Source: Phaeosaccion multiseriatum
Lineage: Eukaryota; Protista; Ochrophyta, other classes
DNA: 64,000 bases
NCBI GenBank assembly: GCA_965112735.1
Contig: OZ218955.1
Span: forward strand, 1,674,001 to 1,738,000
Reading direction: 5' to 3'
Shown here: positions 12,524-24,163 of the stretch, piece by piece
How positions within the stretch are numbered: the stretch's first letter is position 1
Layout of the letters: each line of letters begins with the position of its first letter
Program-made: the position numbers and the translations under genes
Notes under the pieces: generated by a model
The model's input: the letters and a program-made list of their open reading frames with translations, nothing else
The model's database searches: none
Told to the model about the DNA's origin: nothing

Positions 12524-14498
12524 TGTATGTATGTATGTATGTATGTATGTATGTATGTATGTATGTATGTATATGTATGTATGTATGTATGTGTGTGTAT
12601 GAATGCGTGTGTGTTGTGTGTTTGTGTGTGGACACGGAGATACATAGGCAAAGAAGTGTGTGAGTTAGAGAGAGGGGAGTGGGGGGAGTGGGAGAGGCAG
12701 CAAACAAAACAAGAAGGAAGAGGAGAGGGTCCTGCTTGCTCAAGATGAACAGCCAACCCTCCATCACCTCTTTTCCTTGCACCTGTGCCTAGACTCACCT
12801 TCTTCTTCACTGCGGGCTTGGCACCGGCAGCGGCAGGAGAAGCCCCTGTGGAAGAAGGTCCCCCCGCCCCGGGTGGGGCTTTGCCTTTCGTACCCCCTCC
12901 TCCTGCCCCTGCGCCTGCCCCTGCCGCCGCTCCCCCTTGACCCTTTCCTTCGCCGGCCGCCCCTTCCTTATCGCCGCCACCAGCCCCCTTGGTCTTCTTG
13001 CTGGTGGGAGTGAGAGTGGGCGTAATGATGGTCGTAAAGGCAGAAGCACCAGCACCAGCACCAGCACCAGCACCAGCACCAGCACCAGGTCCTCGCTGGG
13101 AAGGATCTGAGGGCACGACAGATGAAGCCTCCGCCTCGAAAGGATCTTCGCTCTCGCTCTCATCTTCATCGTCATCATCATCAACCGCCGCCTCCGCCTC
13201 ATCATCTTTAGCACCGCCCTTGTCATTCGCCCCCCCCCCTCCCCCACCGTCCTCCCCCTCCTCTTCCTCGTCGTCGTCGTCGCCGTCTTCATCACTACTA
13301 CTGTCGCTGCTACCAGAGCTGCTGCTGCTGGTGCTCCCGCTCCTCGAAGAGCCAGGTGCATGCGGTGCCATCTTGCTGCCTGGGGAGAAGGTCTCTGTCT
13401 CCAAGTCTCCTCCGTTCACGAAGAAGCCTTCCTGTTTCGTCTTGGTGCCCCGCAGGGCATCCTTGTTGTGATGACACACGGCGTAATGCACACACATACC
13501 CACACAGAGAGAGAGAGTCGATAGAGCGAGCAGGGGACAAGGGGGATGAATCGCGCGCACGGGGGGGACGGGTTGAGGAGGAGGGGCTGGGTCGTGGCCA
13601 GATAAGAAGAAGGGAGGGAGGGAGGGAGGGAGGGAGAGACAGAGAGGGGGGGGAGGAGAAAGAGAGAGAGAGAGAGACAGGGAGAGGGAGGGAGCGAGTG
13701 AGATGTACATGATTCTCCTACCTTCTCCTCATACTCCTGCAGCAGATCGGAGTCGTCGATGAAGGAGTCATCTGTCAGATACGCATCGTCCGGTTTGGCT
13801 CTCTTGCTGCGTTTCTTCTTTTTCTTCTTGCCCCCGCCCCCTTCCTCACCACCCCCTTCTTCTTCGTTGCCTTCACTACCGTCGTCACTGTCATTGTCGT
13901 CGTCGTCGTCGCCGTCGTCGCTGGAGTCCGGTGCCATGGCTCCAGGTCCGTATTTGAGCTCCAGCCTCTGGGTCACGCTGAGCTTGGCCAGCTCAGCAGC
14001 CGACGGAAGGGTAAGCCCCGCAGACTTCTTTCTTGCCTTCTTCTTCTTTCTCTTCTTCTTCTTTGCCTTCTTCTCCTTCTTTTTTGCCGCCGCTGCTGCT
14101 GCTGCTGCTGCTTCTTCTACTGCTTCTTCTCCCGCCACCTTTGCAAGCCCCCCGCCCCCCTCCGTGCCCCCCCCCCCAGCGGTATCCCCCTCTGCCTCGC
14201 TTCGTCGGACGTCGTTCATCTCGACGTCAGGGTCCTCAGCAGCAGTAACAAGAGCGGCACCAGCGCTGATACCGTTGTCGTTCCTCCTCTGCTCCTGTTG
14301 CTGCTGCACCTTCTTCTTGCGAAGTGCATTGAGCTGCTGCTTCTCGTGCTTGGCCACTGCCCTCACCAGTCCCGCGTAGTCTACTTCAGCGTTTCGACCA
14401 ATGTCCACATTGAAGCAGGTCCACCGCTTCCGCTTCCTCCCTCCGCTGTCGCTGGTTTTTCTCTCCAGGCTTTGAGCTCCCATACTAGCGGCCATCAT
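9799..14498 (-). CDS. UBN1: Ubinuclein/HPC2-like HIRA histone chaperone subunit (HUN domain), multi-exon
   Basis: Spliced HUN motif 'AYLTDDSFIDDSDLLQEYEEK|DALRGTKTKQEGFFVNGGDLETE' across the intron at ~13721-13467. N-terminal 'RWTCFNVDIGRNAEVDYAGLV' resembles the HPC2/UBN N-terminal HIRA-binding motif. 'LELKY' motif upstream of HUN. The 3' exons and stop are less certain. Confidence 0.8.
12495..12590. repeat. Intronic (TATG)n microsatellite
   Basis: Direct reading of the sequence. Confidence 0.9.
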
Positions 14499-14845
14499 CT
14501 TTCCCGCTGTTGGTCCCGCGTTTTGATCTCGTCTGTGAAAAAGCGCGACGACTGTAGCACCAACATGCCCCCCACGAAAAACAAAACCTCGGATCAACCT
14601 CGAGCAACTCCTGTCCTTTTTAATCGCTCAATTGTAAGCTTTCTCTCTCCGTGGACAGTCTGAACACTCCATAGACCCCCATAAAACTCCTTCCTTCCCG
14701 TCTGCCTCGTCTCCACCCCTCTCTTGGAGCCATATCTAAGCATTGGAAGTGGCTTAATGTCCCGCCAGCGGGACGACGCGTTCTTTTAATCACCCTTTCC
14801 GAGTGGGAGACTGCGGAGGGGTTGCGCTGATTGGCGCCTCTTGCC
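14499..14845. promoter_or_regulatory. Probable bidirectional promoter (ubinuclein / Frag1-like)
   Basis: About 350 bp of repeat-free sequence between divergent start codons. Confidence 0.45.
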
Positions 14846-17046
14846 ATGTTGATGATGGGAGACGGCCCGGAAGGCAGTGTGAGCGTCCTGCTGAGCGATG
14901 ACGAGGGCTACGAGGACTACACGGAGCTCCTCAGCAGGAGTGCGCCCTTCGCCGCTCCGAGAACGGTGAGGTCGGAGGGAAAGCCTTTGATCGTTGCGTG
15001 ACGATAGGGAGGTGTATTTGATGTTTCTGTGTCATGTGTGTGTCATGTGTGTGTCATGTATGCGTCATATGTGTGTCTGTCGGCAGGTCGAGGGAGGTGC
15101 AACCCGCACACGTCCCTACAGGTTGTCGAGTTCCTGAGTCACGTTCGGGCCCTCTGCACCGCCTTTTTTTCACCCATTACTGCTACCACTCCGCCCCTCT
15201 CTCCCTCCCTCCCTCCCTCCCTCCCTCCCTTGTGTCCTGTCTTTGGCCTATGCTGCCTTCTCCGTCAACTCACGCTCTTCTCCACTCCATCCCCTCACCC
15301 GCCCCCCCCCCTTGACCTCTTGACCCCTCCCCTCCCTTGCAGTGGAGCGCCAAGCTAGCTCGCCTGCCTCCGGCCACTGCCCTACTCCTCCTCTTCACCA
15401 TAACGGTCACCTCGGTGCTGTTCCTGCTCACCAACGAAATCGACAAACTGCCCTCCGGAAACGGGTTCCTGTTGCCCACCATAAGCCGACTCGGAGCGTA
15501 CTTCCCTGCCGCGGCGGTGTACACAGCAGGTCGGTCGGCCCTCGGCGCGCGAGTTGGTCAAGTCAAAGCCCCCCTTCCTCCCTCTCTCTCCCCCCCAAGG
15601 GATTGAACCCTTTCCGGGGCCTCGCTCGGTTGATGCCCTTTTTCGTTGTCTGCCTCTGTACGATGCTTAGCCCTTACCCCTATACCAAACACGACAAACC
15701 GTTGCTGCTGCTGTGCCTCCAACTGCTACCGCTGTATCCCCAATTGCTGCTGTTGTGTCTCCAATTCCCACCGCTGTATCACCAACTGCTGCTGGATAGG
15801 CTTTCACGTGTCCGCCGTAGTAACGGCGGCGATGCTGTGGTGTGTGCGGCTGTCGCACTTGCAGCAACTGTCCACCCTCAGTGGAGAGCCCAAATACCAG
15901 GACAGTGTGCGGAGGGTAGAGAAGGTGGGTGAGTGGGGAAGGGAGTGGATGAGGGAGTGAGTGAGGGAGTTAGTGAGGGAGTGAGTGAGTGAGGGAGGGA
16001 GTGCGTGAGTGAGCGAGTGAGTGAGTGAGTGAGTGAGTGAGTGAGTGAGTGAGTGAGTGAGGGCATGTGTGTGAGCGAGACTCGTGAAGAAAGAGGGAAG
16101 GAAGGGGATGGGTCTTTGCTCTTCGCTGACGGTACCACTTTTGTGTACTGCCCCTCGCCGTCCCCTCCCCTACCATACCCTCCCTCTCAGGTTGTGGACC
16201 GCTGCTGGGCCGTGGGCGTCTTGTTCTGCATCATGCTATCGGCAGCTGCGGCAGTACCCCCGGACAAGGCGTTTGACGGCAAGCAGAGCTCTCTGGACTG
16301 GGTGCACGGCACCATCGCGTGCGCACTCATTGCGAGTGGTGTGGCCTACGTGACGGTTACTGTGTATGGAGTGCTCGTCCCCGGGCGGTGAGTACATGTG
16401 GGGAGAGGGAGGAGAGGGGGAATGCGTTTGGGGGAGGAAGAGAGGAGAATGAGTACAAGGGAGGGGGGATATGTTTATTGACTTATTGGAGTCGCCGAAG
16501 AAAATGAAAGTGTGCGTGTGTGTAATACAAGTGAGGGGAAGAAGAGAGGATAATGAGTTAGGACGGACGTGATATGGGATGAAAGTCATCCCTCTACCCC
16601 TCCACACTCGCATACCCCCTTGCCACCCCCTTCTTTGGGCGCTTGAATTAGTTTTCACCGCCCACCTTTTCCCTTACCCCCAACTCCCACACATGGCGCA
16701 CACACACACGCGTGACGGACTGACGGACTGGCCGACCGACAGGATGGTGTTTCTCGTAAGTCGCACTGACAACGCCTCCTACCGATGCAAGCGCAACTGC
16801 CTCTGGCTCATGCTCGCCGTTGTAGTGGCAGGGGTGAGCGCCTTCGTCTTCTTTGTGGCCAGCAATCACACGGACGGGGAAGGTGGGAAGGTCAGCTGCC
16901 GCACAGAGTGGTGTGCGAGTAACAGCAACACCCTGGCGGTGTGTGAGTACTTGATGTTCCTACTCGGCCTCGTGTTTCTGGCGTCGTTGAGGTACGACTT
17001 GAAGCATGTTCGCGTGGGGGTGCTACTCGACAGCGTGCTGCTGTAG
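14846..17046 (+). CDS. Frag1/DRAM/Sfk1 (TMEM150/PGAP2-like) multi-pass membrane protein, 5 exons
   Basis: Exons ~14846-14965, 15343-15528, 15800-15924, 16191-16388, 16743-17046 joined at GT-AG sites. About six hydrophobic helices. 'LPTISRLGAYFPAAAVYT' matches the PxIS..G..P motif, 'WVHGTIA' carries the conserved His, and the C-terminal 'AVCEYLMFLLGLVFLASLRYDL' matches the family's E[WY]...F..DF pattern. Confidence 0.75.
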
Positions 17047-18423
17047 GAGTGTCTATGTCAGACGTGCTACTGTAGCAAGTACTGTACCCTGGTGTCAGGC
17101 GTTGGACTGTACTATGTACCTGGTGTCAGCAGCTCGCTGATGCGTATATCGTACATGGTGTCGGCCGTGGGACGCCAGGCCCGAGCAGGGCCGCTATTGG
17201 ATGTATGTGCAAGAGAGGTGGTGTGAAGTGATGTGATGTGATGCATGAGAGCTGTCGAGTGCTGCTGTAGTGTATAGAGTGTAGTGTGCTGGAGTGAGGG
17301 GGCGAATTGAAATTCGGTGGGAGGAGGCACAGGACAAGAACTAACCGCTACAGTGCAGCTACAGTGCAGCTACAGTACCGCTACAGTACAGCTACAGCTT
17401 CTCTTCTCCGTGGGGGACAGACAGACTGAAGGAGAAACAGGGAGACCGATCCATTCACGCCGCGACGTGGAGATAAAGAGTTGAGGAGGATGATTTGTGT
17501 TTTTGTTTTGTTTATCGTAGGTACTGATGGGAAAAGCGGGAGGGCTCCCTCATATTGAACACTAATATACATCAGGGGGGAGAAAAAGAAAAAGCTTCAC
17601 CACCGACGAATGGCCTCCCTCCGCCCCTGCCACTCGGCCCCGGGGGGTCTCCCTCTCCTCCGAAGGCGGGCGACCACCAGAGAGCGAGAGGGAGAGCCGG
17701 AGGGGGCCTGGCATGGAAGCTCTGGAAGCCTTGCTGTAGCTATCTGTGTGGCGGCGGTGATAGGGTTAGCAGTAGCAGCAGCAGCAGCACTACCACCACC
17801 ACCACCACCACCACCACCTGCCTCTGCTCTTTCTCCTTCCCGTCGAGTCACCCCTCCCGCGCTCCCCGCGGCCGCCCTTGTCTTTCTCCTCCATCCTCCT
17901 GCGGTTGTTGTTGTTGGTCTCGGCGGCTTGTTGTTGGGCGGCGGGGTCCAGACCAAGCTCCACAGGGAGGGAAGGGGTCAGAGAGTGAGAGACTCCAGAG
18001 AGAAGTGGGGCCACCGTTGCGTCGAAGAGCACTTTCCCGTGAGGAGGTGGGGTGCTGCGGGGGAAGGCAGCTGACGGACGATGGGCCAAAAGTCGAAGCG
18101 GTGGTGATGGCGATGACGAGACTGCACTTTTGCTGGTGCTGCTGGTGCTGCTGCTGCTGCTGCTCCCGTATCACCAACTGCTGCTGCTGCTGTAGGTGCT
18201 GCTGGTCGTGGTAGTGGGGGCGGTGCTGCTGATAACCGCTGCACTTGCCCTTGCTTGTCCTTTCCCTTGCTCTTGCCCTCCATATAGCACTTGCTGCGGG
18301 TGCCGTTGGTAAGCTAGCAGCAGGCTGTGAATATGATGGCGCTCTGCCTCTTCCGGCTACAGGAGTATGGCGTCTCCTCCTGCCCCCCTCTGCTGCCGAC
18401 TGTGCGTCTGCTGCTGCTGAGAG

Positions 18424-20613
18424 TCAAGGTGTTGACTGCCGGGACCAGGGTTCTTGCTGCTGATCCTGCTGACGCTGCTGACCACCGTTATAGTGGTGGT
18501 ACTGGTGGTACTGGTACTGGTACTGCTGGTGCTTGTATTGCTGCTGGAGCTGGTGCCGCTGGTAGTGCTGCTTCTGCTGCTGGTAAAGCTGGTATTGCTG
18601 CTGCTTCTCCTGCTGCTGCTGTTGCCGGTACTGTTGCTGCTGCTGCTGATGGGGGTGATAGTACGACTCGGAAGCCTCTGCTGATGATGGAGGGGCGATT
18701 CTCTTCTTCCTGGCCGGAGAGGGGGAATGCCGGGACGTCCAGCTGCTTGTGGTTGTTGGGCTGCGCAGATCATGAACAGGAGAGGGCGTGCTGGAACTCA
18801 CGAGTCTCATGCCTCGCGCCCCTCCTTCCTCTCGAGGGCTCATGCCTCCACCCACGAGTGTTTTCTTGTCGCCGCCTCTCTTCCCCCCCTCCCCCTCCTC
18901 CTCCCCGTCGTCCTTCCCATCTCCCTCCCCCTCCTCCTCCCACTCCCGAGGGCGTTTGGTGCGGCACGGCGATCGGAGCATTGGCCATCCTCGTCGAGGT
19001 TGTCTTCCTCCTCCCCCCTCCTCCTCTCCAGCTCTCTGCTCTTGTACTCCTCCACTCTGCTCCTGTACTTGTCCTCCTCCTCCTCCTCCTCCTCCTCCTC
19101 CTCCTCCTCCTCCTCCTCCTCCTCCTCCTCCTCCTCCTCCTCCTCCTCCTCCTCCTCCTCCTCCTCCTCCTCCTCCTCCTCCTCCTCCTCCTCCTCCTCC
19201 TCCTCCTCCTCCTCCTCCTCCTCCTCCTCCTCCTCCTCCTCCTCTGTGCTCCTTTACTACCGGCACCACCGAGGACGTCCCTCCACTGTTGAAGCGCGAG
19301 GACTCCGAGGGGTGGTAGTGGGAATAAGGCGAGAAAGCTTCATCGGCTTTTTGTAGCTGACGTCGTAATGGCGCCTTTTGCACGGGAGACAAGGGTGGTG
19401 ACGACAGCAAAGCTCTTTTCATGTTCGAAGACTGAGGGGCCGGTGGAGGTGTAGTACTCATGGAGGCCGTCGCGATAGAAGATGGAGGAGTGGACGGCAG
19501 AAGTTGCGCCACCTCCGTAAGCGTCGTCGCGTAGGAGAAGAGGCTGTGGCCGGGTATGCTGCTACGTGAAGCAGAAAGGGGGGGCGGAAAGCAGGACGCC
19601 TGGGCCTGCCGCGACGGGGGGTGGTGGCGGGCCGCGGTAGCGGCAGCGACCATCGCCATGACAGCAGTACGCTCATCCGCAGCGGAGGCGAGAGCTCCTC
19701 CTCCTTGACTTGTGTTTCTTCTTCCTCTTCGCCCCTGAGGCCCGCCCGCTGCTGCCCCTGCTGCTGCTGCTTTTGCTGCTGCTCCTGCTGCCCGTTCCGC
19801 TCCTCCTCCTCCTGCTCCTCCTCCTGCTCCTGGAGCTGCTCTTGCTCCTGCTCTTGTTCCTGCGCTTCCTCGGCCTCCTTTGTGCACAAGTCCAGAGGAG
19901 GAGGAGGAGGAGGGAGATGGCCTTGACTCGGCCTCGTCCATGAGCGCCATCGCGGCGTGCTGTGCGCACATGCCCCTGTCCTTGGCGTATCGCTTACAGC
20001 CCGCCTCGGTGCATCGCTTCACAACCGCTCCGTGAGCAACACACACTCCGCCCTTGATAGCTTGCTTCTTGCACGCCTTGGCACTGCATCGCCTGACCAC
20101 TGCGCCGTGAGACACACAAACTCCCCCCTTTTTGGCGTGTTTGGTGCAGCCCTCCGCTCGGCACGGGTAGAAGCTCCCATGGCGCACGCAAACACCGCCT
20201 CGCTGAGCCTGACTGGTGCAACCCTCTGCCCGGCAACCGCGCTTCTTCTTCTTGTGGAGAGCGCAGAAGCCGCATTGGAGGGCGGGTTGGTCGCATGCTT
20301 TCTGACGGCACACCTTCGCGGTGTAGGGGTCTGATGGAGGAACTGCAGGAGGGCCTGCCGCGATCTCGCTCGTGTACCCTTCATCCAGTGGTGCTGCTGC
20401 GAATCTTCTGCGATCTTCTTCTTGACCTTGTTGTTGCTGGTCCCGTCTAGGTAGTAATACCAGTGCCGGTTGTTGCCTGGTGGCACCACCAGAGCCTTGT
20501 CGTTGCTGTTGCTGCTGCTGCTGCTGCTGCTGCTGTTTCTCCTCCTGCTGCTGCTCGGCGACTCTACTCCTTTCCCTCCAAAGCCTTTTTAAAGTCATTC
20601 CCCCCAGTAGCAT
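18424..20613 (-). CDS. WRKY19-like Cys3His zinc-finger repeat protein, apparently intronless, with poly-Gly and a Q/Y/H-rich tail
   Basis: 729-aa ORF with five C-x4-C-x9/10-C-x2-H repeats (e.g. CRAEGCTSQAQRGGVCVRHG, CRAEGCTKHAKKGGVCVSHG, CSAKACKKQAIKGGVCVAHG). The frame after the long (GGA)n tract is uncertain. Confidence 0.75.
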   Translation of the reverse strand: MLLGGMTLKRLWRERSRVAEQQQEEKQQQQQQQQQQQRQGSGGATRQQPALVLLPRRDQQQQGQEEDRRRFAAAPLDEGYTSEIAAGPPAVPPSDPYTAKVCRQKACDQPALQCGFCALHKKKKRGCRAEGCTSQAQRGGVCVRHGSFYPCRAEGCTKHAKKGGVCVSHGAVVRRCSAKACKKQAIKGGVCVAHGAVVKRCTEAGCKRYAKDRGMCAQHAAMALMDEAESRPSPSSSSSSGLVHKGGRGSAGTRAGARAAPGAGGGAGGGGAERAAGAAAKAAAAGAAAGGPQGRRGRRNTSQGGGALASAADERTAVMAMVAAATAARHHPPSRQAQASCFPPPLSASRSSIPGHSLFSYATTLTEVAQLLPSTPPSSIATASMSTTPPPAPQSSNMKRALLSSPPLSPVQKAPLRRQLQKADEAFSPYSHYHPSESSRFNSGGTSSVVPVVKEHRGGGGGGGGGGGGGGGGGGGGGGGGGGGGGGGGGGGGGGGGGGGGGGGGGGGGGGGGGQVQEQSGGVQEQRAGEEEGGGGRQPRRGWPMLRSPCRTKRPREWEEEGEGDGKDDGEEEGEGGKRGGDKKTLVGGGMSPREEGGARGMRLVSSSTPSPVHDLRSPTTTSSWTSRHSPSPARKKRIAPPSSAEASESYYHPHQQQQQQYRQQQQQEKQQQYQLYQQQKQHYQRHQLQQQYKHQQYQYQYHQYHHYNGGQQRQQDQQQEPWSRQSTP
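19072..19243. repeat. Pure (CCT)n tract of about 57 units inside a CDS (poly-Gly)
   Basis: Uninterrupted CCT run. Confidence 0.92.
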
Positions 20614-21059
20614 CAGTCAACTACACCACCCGCGTGTATCATGCTGCCACTGCTGCTGCTACTTATCTTCTACGTCTGCGCCTGAATATACAGCGTGTGT
20701 GGAAAGTCTCTGCGAGATTTCATGGAGATACGGCGAGCAACAAAAAGGAGAGAGGGGGGGCGGGCGGGAGACGGTGGCATTTTTATTTTTGCACAATTGG
20801 CGAGAGCGTACAACGAAATTATTTCGGAGCGTCAATGAGCTGAAACTGAAACTCCCTCTCATCAATCCATCAATCTCTTACTAGAGATGTCCTAGCTTTG
20901 CTTTAGCTTTGCTTTAGCTTTCTCTGCAAAGGTTAAGGAGACCCTCTGTGGAGGAATTCGGGAAGCTCTTTGGTGAGGTTGGGGGAAGAAAGGATAACCC
21001 CCCCCCCCTTAAAGGGAAAAGGTCATCGTGTCACACCTTCAGACAATAAAACCCTCCTC
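20614..21059. promoter_or_regulatory. Probable bidirectional promoter between the two zinc-finger paralogues
   Basis: About 450 bp between divergent ATGs. Contains CTGAAACTGAAACT and a short AGCTTTGCTTT repeat. Confidence 0.45.
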
Positions 21060-21389
21060 ATGCTGTCCGGGGGCGTCCCCTCCGAGGCAGCGGGAGTGAC
21101 GGTAGCATCAGCGGAAGGAACGGCATCAGTTGGAGGAGGGCGGGATGGAGCAGCAGCAGCAGCAGCAGCAGGGACAAGCGCCCGTATGCTCGCACCGCTG
21201 GGAGGAGTAGCGGGACCGGTCCCGGGCCTTGTGCCTTCCGCTGCTGTTGGTGGTATGACAGGAGAGGGGGTCGGCTCGACAGCTGTGGCTGCGGCACAGG
21301 CAGCCGCTGCAGCCGTGGCAGAAGCGGCTCACTCCTCGTACGCTCAGCACCCCTATCAACGGTACCACCAACCGTACCACCAACCACAG

Positions 21390-21426
<37 letters not shown>

Positions 21427-22551
21427 CCACTCCCGCCGCTGCCGGGGGGCTCGCTCCCTCGTCTACTGGTGCCGTCCCCAAGGCCTCTCCTCGCAAGCGT
21501 TACTGCCGCGCGGAGGGTTGCACGAACCAAGCTCAGCGCGGAGGTGTCTGTATCCGCCACGGCAGCTTCTACCCTTGCCGAGTGGAGGGCTGCACCAAGC
21601 ACGCTAAGAAGGGGGGGGTATGTGTCGGTGAGTGAGTGAGTGAGTGAATGAGTGGGTGAGTGACTGCGTGAGTGAGTGGGTGAGTGCGCGTTTGCGTAAG
21701 TGAGTGGGTGAGTGACTAAGTTGGTGAGTGAGTGCACGAGTGAGTAAGTGAGAAAGTGAGTGAGTGAGTGAGTGAGTGACGGTATGAAGTGGTGCGATTT
21801 GCCGAATCAAGTGAATAGAGGATTGTACTCCCACCATGTTGGCTCTGTGTCCACAACACTTGGCCTGCTGCAGCCCCTCCTCCCACCCCACCTCACCGCT
21901 ACCCCTCCCGCTACCGCTACCTGACTCTGCTCTCTTCCCTCTCCTCGCATATCACACGGGCCTCGCGCACGCACGCACACACACACATGCACACACGCAC
22001 GCACACACGCACACGCGCACAGCTCACGGCGCAGTTGTGAAGCGCTGTAGAGTGAAGGCATGCAACAAGCAAGCCATCAAGGGCGGAGTGTGCGTGTACC
22101 ATGGAGCAGTGGTTAAGCGATGCGCCATTCGGGGCTGCGATCGCTACGCCAAGGAAGGGGTGCACTGCCCAGGTCACGCTGACCCCAACTCCCCCGCCGC
22201 GAGGGAGGAGGCGGCCGCTCGAGCTGCAGCTGCCTCGGGTATGACTGTGCCGTTGCCCTCCCCAGTGGTGGTGAAGAACAACAGCAGAAATAGCAGCAGC
22301 AGCAGCAGCAGTAGCAGTAGCAGTAGCAGTATGGGTAGCAGTCACACCAAGGCCACTTGCTTGGCCGCCAATAGTATGAACCCAGCCAGTGCCTCTGCGG
22401 CTGCTGCTGCCGCGACTACCTCCTCGGCCCCCGCCAAAGGCACAGACCCTGGAACTGGCAGCGGTGTGAGCGCTGCAAGCAGCGACTCAACGGGCCCTTT
22501 CGTTACCACCGTCCGAGCGAGCACCCGCAAGGCCACGAGAGGAGTAGAAGC

Positions 22552-22583
<32 letters not shown>

Positions 22584-24064
22584 TGGTGATACAGCAGCAG
22601 CAGCAGCAGAAGGGGGAGGGAGAGCGTACCCGTGTCTTTTCTGCGGCGGCAATTTTGAGCGGACTGGCGGGAAATGAGAAGACGCAGGTGGCAGTAGCAG
22701 GGAATACGCCGACGGAAGGGGGCGGGCAGGCGGAGGGGGGAGAGACTGAGCAGCAGCAGCAGCAGCAGCAGCAGGAGGAGGAGGAGGAGGAGACGGGGGA
22801 GGAGGGAGGGCCCAAGCCACAGAAAGGACCAGGCGGGAGTACGAATGAGAGAGGGGGCGGAGCCGGGGCCGGCAAGAAGGGGCAAGGACAGCCGGCAATG
22901 GCCATTGCTCACGCCGCCCAGGGGGGAGGAAGTGTGACGTCAGGCGGGGGCGATGGCCGGTCGTCTTCCAGGAAGCGGCAGACTTCTCTTTCTTGTTCCT
23001 CTTCGACGTCCTGTTGTCGTCAGGGAGACTCCTCGCAGGCTTCTGCTGCTGTCGGCCGCCTGCCGGGCATCTCGGGGGCAAGGGCTGCTGCTATTGCTGC
23101 CGCCGCTGCTGTCGCTGCCGCTATTACTGCTACTGTTACTGCTGCTGCTGTAGAACGGCCTTCTCCCTCCTCTGGTCCCTCCTCGGCTTCAGGTGGTGGG
23201 GAGAAGAACGGGAAGGAGGAGATCAACGAGGCAGCCCGGGTGGCCTTCAAGGCGAGGAAGGGAGGCATCATAACAAGGTCTAATTCTTCCAGAGGGGGGG
23301 TGAGCCGAAGTCAGTGGGGCACGGTACAGCTGTGGCAGAAGCTGTAGGAAGTTTTGCTGAACACAATGAAGGAGGAGGAGGAGGAGGAGGAGGAGGAGGA
23401 GGAGGAGGAGGAAGAGGAGGAGGGGGGGGGGCAGGGGAAGGAGAAGGAGCAGGAGGAGGAGAAGAAACGGGAAGAGCGGGAGGAGCAGGAGGAGCAGGAG
23501 GAGGAGGAGAGGGGCTGGGGGAGGTGGAGGTCATAGGAGCAGCAGTTGGTGATACAACAGCGCCTAAACGAGCCTCCACGATGGTCGTAGAGGATCCAGA
23601 CACCACTGCACCACCCGCAGCAGCCACGGCCAGCCCAATGGATGGTGACACGGTCAACCAGATCGGACTGCCGGAGGAGAAGGCCGAGCCGAAAAGGAAG
23701 AAGATAAAGTTGCAGGAGCAGCAGTTGGTAGTACAGGAGCAGCAGTCGCAGCCGCGGCAGCAGGAGGATGGGGGAGGGGAGGGAGAGCAGGAGCAACAGG
23801 GCGATGGAAATAGGCACCAACCACGGCCGGAACCTGTGGAAGCACCAACAGCCGGCGAGCAAGAACAGCCTCAGCGGCAGCTGCAGCAACGACAGGTGAG
23901 GACGCTCCATATTGATGCCTTCCTTGCTCACCCTCCCCTTCCCTCCCCTCCCACCCTACCCGTCCCTACTCGTCACCTCCTCTCGTTCTCACCCCTTGTG
24001 CTTCCTCCACCCGACTGCTTGTCCGCAGCTCCCGATGATGGCGACAGGCACGCTGAGCGCATGA
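21060..24064 (+). CDS. WRKY19-like Cys3His zinc-finger repeat protein, paralogue of the divergent neighbour, 3 exons
   Basis: Exon 21060-21627 (GGVCV), intron, exon from 22023 (AHGAVVKRC...). Four zinc-finger repeats. An apparent 1-nt frameshift lies in the G-run at ~23294-23300. Probable last exon 24029-24064. If the frameshift is real the CDS stops at 23347. Confidence 0.7.
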
Positions 24065-24132
24065 GGGATACACGATACACGGAGCTCTGTGTCACACACA
24101 TGGACGGAGGAGGTGTGTGTGTGCGTGCGTGT

Positions 24133-24163
<31 letters not shown>

